Assembly (NCBI GenBank): GCA_963675755.2
Contig: CAXXMD010000003.1
Span: 3,168,001-3,232,000 of the forward strand
Origin: a bacterium
Lineage (GTDB): Bacteria > Zhuqueibacterota > Zhuqueibacteria > Residuimicrobiales > Krinioviventaceae
Length of the DNA: 64,000 bases
Direction: 5' to 3'
Shown: piece by piece, positions 59,842 to 64,000 of the stretch
Position numbering within the stretch: position 1 is the stretch's first letter
Layout: each line of letters begins with the position of its first letter
The notes under the pieces: model-generated
What the model was told of the DNA's origin: nothing
What the model saw: only the letters and a program-made list of their open reading frames with translations
Database searches by the model: none
Position numbers and translations under genes: made by a program

Positions 59842-60813
59842 ATGAAAACAGCATTGGTGTGCGGAGCCGGCGGATTTATTGGCGGGCATTTGGTAAAACG
59901 GTTGAAACGAGAAGGCTATTGGGTACGCGGCGTTGATCTCAAATATCCCGAGTTTGATGAAACCGCAGCAGACGATTTTATCATTGGCGATTTACGCGAT
60001 TTTGATACCTGCCGCTATGCCGTCGATCAAAAATTTGACGAAGTGTATCAGCTAGCTGCCGATATGGGCGGTGCCGGATTTGTCTTTACCGGTGAAAATG
60101 ACGCGGATATAATGCACAACTCTGCACTGATTAATTTGAACATTCTTGATGCATGTCACAAACGCAATGTCAAAAAAGTGTTTTATTCATCATCGGCGTG
60201 CATCTATCCGGAGCATAATCAGCTTGATCCGGATAACCCCAACTGCACTGAGGCGTCGGCATATCCTGCAAATCCGGATAGCGAGTATGGCTGGGAAAAA
60301 TTGTTCAGTGAACGGTTGTATTTTTCTTTTTATCGTAACTATGGTATTGAGGTGAGGGTAGCGCGTTTCCACAATATTTTTGGTCCTTTGGGAACCTGGC
60401 AGGGTGGCCGCGAAAAAGCTCCTGCTGCATTTTGCCGCAAAGTAGCCATGACCCCGGATGGTGGTGAGATGGAGATGTGGGGAGATGGAGTGCAAACCCG
60501 TTCGTTTTTGTATGTTGACGAATGTCTTGAAGGTGTAAGGCGCCTGATGGAATCGGATTTTATTGGTCCGGTAAACATTGGTTCCGAAGAAATGGTATCG
60601 ATCAATCAACTGGCAGCAATGGTTATGGAAATAGCGGGTAAGCAATTGAGTGTTAAACATATTCCGGGTCCGCAAGGTGTGCGTGGCCGTAACTCGGACA
60701 ACCAGTTAATTTTTGAAAAATTGGGATGGAAACCTGACGCTCCGTTAAAAGAGGGTTTGCGTGAAACCTACAAGTGGATTGATGCTCAGGTGAAATCATC
60801 CAAACTCCTATAA
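59842..60813 (+). CDS. NAD-dependent epimerase, GDP-mannose 3,5-epimerase-like
   Basis: GAGGFIG, LAADMGGAG, SSSACIYP, YGWEK, GGREKAPAAFCRK, GVRGRNSDN. Confidence 0.88.
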   Translation: MKTALVCGAGGFIGGHLVKRLKREGYWVRGVDLKYPEFDETAADDFIIGDLRDFDTCRYAVDQKFDEVYQLAADMGGAGFVFTGENDADIMHNSALINLNILDACHKRNVKKVFYSSSACIYPEHNQLDPDNPNCTEASAYPANPDSEYGWEKLFSERLYFSFYRNYGIEVRVARFHNIFGPLGTWQGGREKAPAAFCRKVAMTPDGGEMEMWGDGVQTRSFLYVDECLEGVRRLMESDFIGPVNIGSEEMVSINQLAAMVMEIAGKQLSVKHIPGPQGVRGRNSDNQLIFEKLGWKPDAPLKEGLRETYKWIDAQVKSSKLL

Positions 60814-60835
60814 ATAGGGTATAGGGGAGGAATGT

Positions 60836-62260
60836 ATGTTAAAAAAGAACTGGGCTTTTATATATACGGTTATTGTTTTTCTATTCGATATTACGTTGTT
60901 TAATCTGGCATTTAGATTTGCTATCTATTTGCGTTTCCCGGATCTTAAAGACATATCCATGTATTATGATCCCTGGGTGTTTGTAAATATTATTTTTGTT
61001 GTACTAATAATATCTTTGGGGGTTTATCGTGATTTTATGCAAAACACTCGGGATGTAAATGTACTGAATCAACGCAAACTCGCTTTTTATCTTGCCCTAA
61101 TTACAATGTCAGCATTGTTTCTGGTAAAAGGGCACGAGTATTCTCGTGCTGTTATTGTTATCTTTATATTGACTCAATACTTTTTAATAGACTTTGGTAA
61201 CGCTGTTTTATTGAATCTGAACAAGCGGTTATTGTCGAAAGGATTTGGAAAGCGTAATACAGTCATTGTGGGTGTCGATGAAATGGCCAAAGAGTTTGGT
61301 GAAAAACTCAAAAATATTTTTGGGGATTATTATCATATCATCGGCCACATGGAGAACGGTAGGTTGACCGAGCCTGATCCTACGTTAGAGGATGTTACAA
61401 TAGGAAAGTTGGAAAACCTGGAAAATATGTATAATGATTTAAATATTGAACAAATTTTTATTGTATCATCATCAATGTCCTTTCTGAAATATGAAAAAGT
61501 ACGTCAATTTTGTCAAAGTAAAAATATAAAGCTTAAAATGGTTTCCCATATTATTTATGATTTAATGGGCAATGCCAAAGTCAAGGATGTTACAGGTGTA
61601 CCATTATCTACAATTCAGGGACGATATCGTTTTGAGAAATTTCAGTGTATTACAAAGAGAACTCTGGATTTGGTATTGTTAGCTTTATCAAGTGTGATTC
61701 TGTTGCCTGTTGGTTTTATAATTGCATTGCTGATTAGACTTACCTCAAATGGTCCTGTTTTTTTTAAACAAAGACGTGCATTATACAAGGGCGGAAAAGA
61801 GTTTTTGTTTTACAAATTTCGAACAATGTATAATAACGCAGATGAGATTAAAGAGAAATTGTTAAAAGAAAATGAAAGTAATGGCGCCTTGTTCAAGATG
61901 AAAAATGATCCTCGCATTACACCTGTGGGACGTTTTTTGAGGAAATACAGCCTGGATGAAATTCCCCAATTTATAAATGTGTTAAAAGGGGACATGAGTA
62001 TTGTAGGCCCCAGACCATTACCTTTAAAAGATTTTAATATGATCAAAAATGATAAAATAAATTATGATTGGTATGAGAAACGAGGAGAAACAAAACCGGG
62101 GATAACCGGTTTGTGGCAAATTTCAGGACGTAGTGATTTGACATTTGAAGAAATGTGTTTGCTGGATCTTTATTATATTGAAAATAAATCAGTATTTTTT
62201 GATCTTGAAATCATGTTTGAAACTGTTCCTGTAGTTTTGTTTGGTAAAGGTGCATATTGA
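60836..62260 (+). CDS. Initiating polyprenyl-phosphate sugar-phosphotransferase (WcaJ/CpsE type)
   Basis: [45 protein letters not shown]. Confidence 0.93.
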   Translation: MLKKNWAFIYTVIVFLFDITLFNLAFRFAIYLRFPDLKDISMYYDPWVFVNIIFVVLIISLGVYRDFMQNTRDVNVLNQRKLAFYLALITMSALFLVKGHEYSRAVIVIFILTQYFLIDFGNAVLLNLNKRLLSKGFGKRNTVIVGVDEMAKEFGEKLKNIFGDYYHIIGHMENGRLTEPDPTLEDVTIGKLENLENMYNDLNIEQIFIVSSSMSFLKYEKVRQFCQSKNIKLKMVSHIIYDLMGNAKVKDVTGVPLSTIQGRYRFEKFQCITKRTLDLVLLALSSVILLPVGFIIALLIRLTSNGPVFFKQRRALYKGGKEFLFYKFRTMYNNADEIKEKLLKENESNGALFKMKNDPRITPVGRFLRKYSLDEIPQFINVLKGDMSIVGPRPLPLKDFNMIKNDKINYDWYEKRGETKPGITGLWQISGRSDLTFEEMCLLDLYYIENKSVFFDLEIMFETVPVVLFGKGAY

Positions 62261-62279
62261 TTTATTCAGAGAAGGACAA

Positions 62280-63236
62280 ATGAAAGATTATTTGAAAAAG
62301 AAAGTTTTGGTTACGGGTGGGGCTGGATTTTTAGGAAGTCATCTTTGTGAACGGTTACTCAAAGAAGGTAATGAAGTTGTTTGTGTAGATAATTATTATA
62401 CCGGTACCAAAAATAATATAATAAAGATTATTGATGATCCTTATTTTGAGCTAATCCGGCATGATATTACATTTCCGGTATATCTTGAAGTGGATGAAAT
62501 TTATAATCTTGCTTGTCCTGCCTCTCCAATTCATTATCAAAGAGATCCGGTTCAAACAACAAAAACATCCGTTCATGGCGCTATCAATTTGTTAGGTTTG
62601 GCAAAACGACTCAAGATAAAAATATTGCAGGCATCTACCAGTGAAGTTTATGGTGATCCTGCTGAACATCCACAAAAAGAATCATATTGGGGAAATGTAA
62701 ATCCAATCGGATTTCGTTCGTGTTACGATGAAGGTAAAAGATGTGCGGAAACCTTGTTTTTTGATTATCACAGACAGCATAATCTGCCAATCAAGGTTAT
62801 TCGTATCTTTAATACATATGGTCCAAGAATGCATCCGAATGATGGGCGAGTAGTCAGCAATTTTATCATGCAAGCTTTACAAAACAAAGATATAACGATT
62901 TATGGAGACGGCAGCCAAACCCGATCTTTCTGTTATGTTGATGATTTGATAGATGGAATGATCAAGATGATGGCTTCGTCAAAGGATTTTACCGGCCCTG
63001 TAAACCTTGGAAATCCCCACGAGTCTACAATTCTAGAGATTGCGCAATTGATCGTCGAGTTGACGAATTCAAAATCCAAAATTATTTTTCAGGAGCTTCC
63101 TGCTGATGATCCTGTAATGCGCAAACCTGATATATCTCTTGCTAAGGATAAATTAAATTGGCAGCCATCAGTTGAATTGGTTGATGGATTGGAAAAAACA
63201 ATCAACTATTTTGAAAGTCTTGTTGCAAACAAATAA
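62280..63236 (+). CDS. UDP-glucuronate decarboxylase (UDP-xylose synthase)
   Basis: [50 protein letters not shown]. Confidence 0.93.
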   Translation: MKDYLKKKVLVTGGAGFLGSHLCERLLKEGNEVVCVDNYYTGTKNNIIKIIDDPYFELIRHDITFPVYLEVDEIYNLACPASPIHYQRDPVQTTKTSVHGAINLLGLAKRLKIKILQASTSEVYGDPAEHPQKESYWGNVNPIGFRSCYDEGKRCAETLFFDYHRQHNLPIKVIRIFNTYGPRMHPNDGRVVSNFIMQALQNKDITIYGDGSQTRSFCYVDDLIDGMIKMMASSKDFTGPVNLGNPHESTILEIAQLIVELTNSKSKIIFQELPADDPVMRKPDISLAKDKLNWQPSVELVDGLEKTINYFESLVANK

Positions 63237-63250
63237 ATTTTGGATATTCA

Positions 63251-64000
63251 ATGAACCGTCTATTTTTCTTAATATTATCATTCCTGTTTTTAAATATTAA
63301 TTTATTTGCAATGTCATCAGAAACATTGCCTACCCATCATTGGACATATGAGCTGATTTCAGAATTCCAGGCTAGAGGTTATTTTCTGGAATTGTCTCAA
63401 ATGACTTTGCCCTATTCTCGAGGAGATGTAGCTAATGCAATTCTGAACAATAAAGAAGATATCAAAGACTTGAAATTGTATCAGAGTTGGATGACTGAGC
63501 TTGAAAATGAATTTGAACAGGAAATTGAAGAAATTACGACTCATTCATTGAAAAATGAAAATAGATTGGTACTCCGCTCTAAAGTAAATGCACACCTTGA
63601 CAATAACTCTATAGATACAAAATATAAGGGGATTTATAGAGGGGGTGTTGGCGTTAATTTTACTGAAAATATATTTGCATTTAGTGGTGTGAATTTTAAT
63701 CAATATGATTTGGATGATCCGGAATATGCTGGTTATGAATGGCGGGGGATTACAGGATACACAGAGCAGGCTTTTATATCTTTTCAGAATAAAAGATTTT
63801 TACTAAAACTGGGAAGAGACTATTTGCGTTGGGGAACTGGTAAAAACGGGACCTTGGTTATGTCAAATATTGCCAGACCGTTAGATCAGATCTTTGGTGA
63901 TGCAAAGTTTGGACCTTTCAAATTCAGTTTTTTTACATCTGAATTGGATCAATACGGCTCTATCTATATTCAAGATGCAAAAATACCAATTCGAAGGTTT
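63251..64000 (+). CDS. Capsule assembly Wzi-family outer-membrane protein (3' truncated; absent from the ORF track)
   Basis: Own translation: MNRLFFLILSFLFLNINLFA...HWTYELISEFQARG...PYSRGDVA...LGRDYLRWGTGKNGTLVMSNIARPLD; appears open to the window end. Confidence 0.72.
   Translation, partial: MNRLFFLILSFLFLNINLFAMSSETLPTHHWTYELISEFQARGYFLELSQMTLPYSRGDVANAILNNKEDIKDLKLYQSWMTELENEFEQEIEEITTHSLKNENRLVLRSKVNAHLDNNSIDTKYKGIYRGGVGVNFTENIFAFSGVNFNQYDLDDPEYAGYEWRGITGYTEQAFISFQNKRFLLKLGRDYLRWGTGKNGTLVMSNIARPLDQIFGDAKFGPFKFSFFTSELDQYGSIYIQDAKIPIRRF

Noticed and set aside
1-64000. tRNA (including selC), rRNA, integrase or transposase genes
   Set aside because: None recognised by eye; the Sec machinery must be encoded elsewhere if the selenoprotein call is right. 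A tRNAscan/Aragorn run would be needed to exclude tRNAs.

Overview
Bacterial genomic window, about 40% GC by eye. Two proteins end in 'NYPNPFNP' FlgD-Ig/T9SS-type tails, which suggests an FCB-group lineage such as KSB1, Calditrichota or Ignavibacteria (inference). Layout: (1) 1-19 kb, secreted and carbohydrate-active proteins (GH92, GH106, esterase, GxGYxYP, Tat lipoproteins) plus an ECF sigma pair, interspersed with a palindromic REP-like repeat. (2) 19-25 kb, a 1.32-kb tandem duplication of a lipoprotein gene with near-identical ends and a diverged core, followed by a frameshifted secreted protein. (3) 26.4-31.3 kb, the highlight: two ORFs joined in frame across one TGA (GEG-U-GGE) with a SECIS-like hairpin, giving a predicted selenocysteine-containing 10-11-heme lipoprotein. 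It is followed by a double-rhodanese lipoprotein, a beta-barrel porin and a 12-heme cytochrome c, all behind a sigma54 promoter, a TGT-N10-ACA enhancer and a Rex-like box. This is a candidate sulfur/selenium respiration conduit. (4) SRAP, cydAB, two kinase-less HisKA_7TM-PAS sensors and an AlkC-like gene. (5) 39.7-64 kb, a Wzx/Wzy capsule locus with sulfate-activation genes and a very AT-rich cassette whose borders fall inside genes. All calls come from reading motifs by eye; no searches were run.
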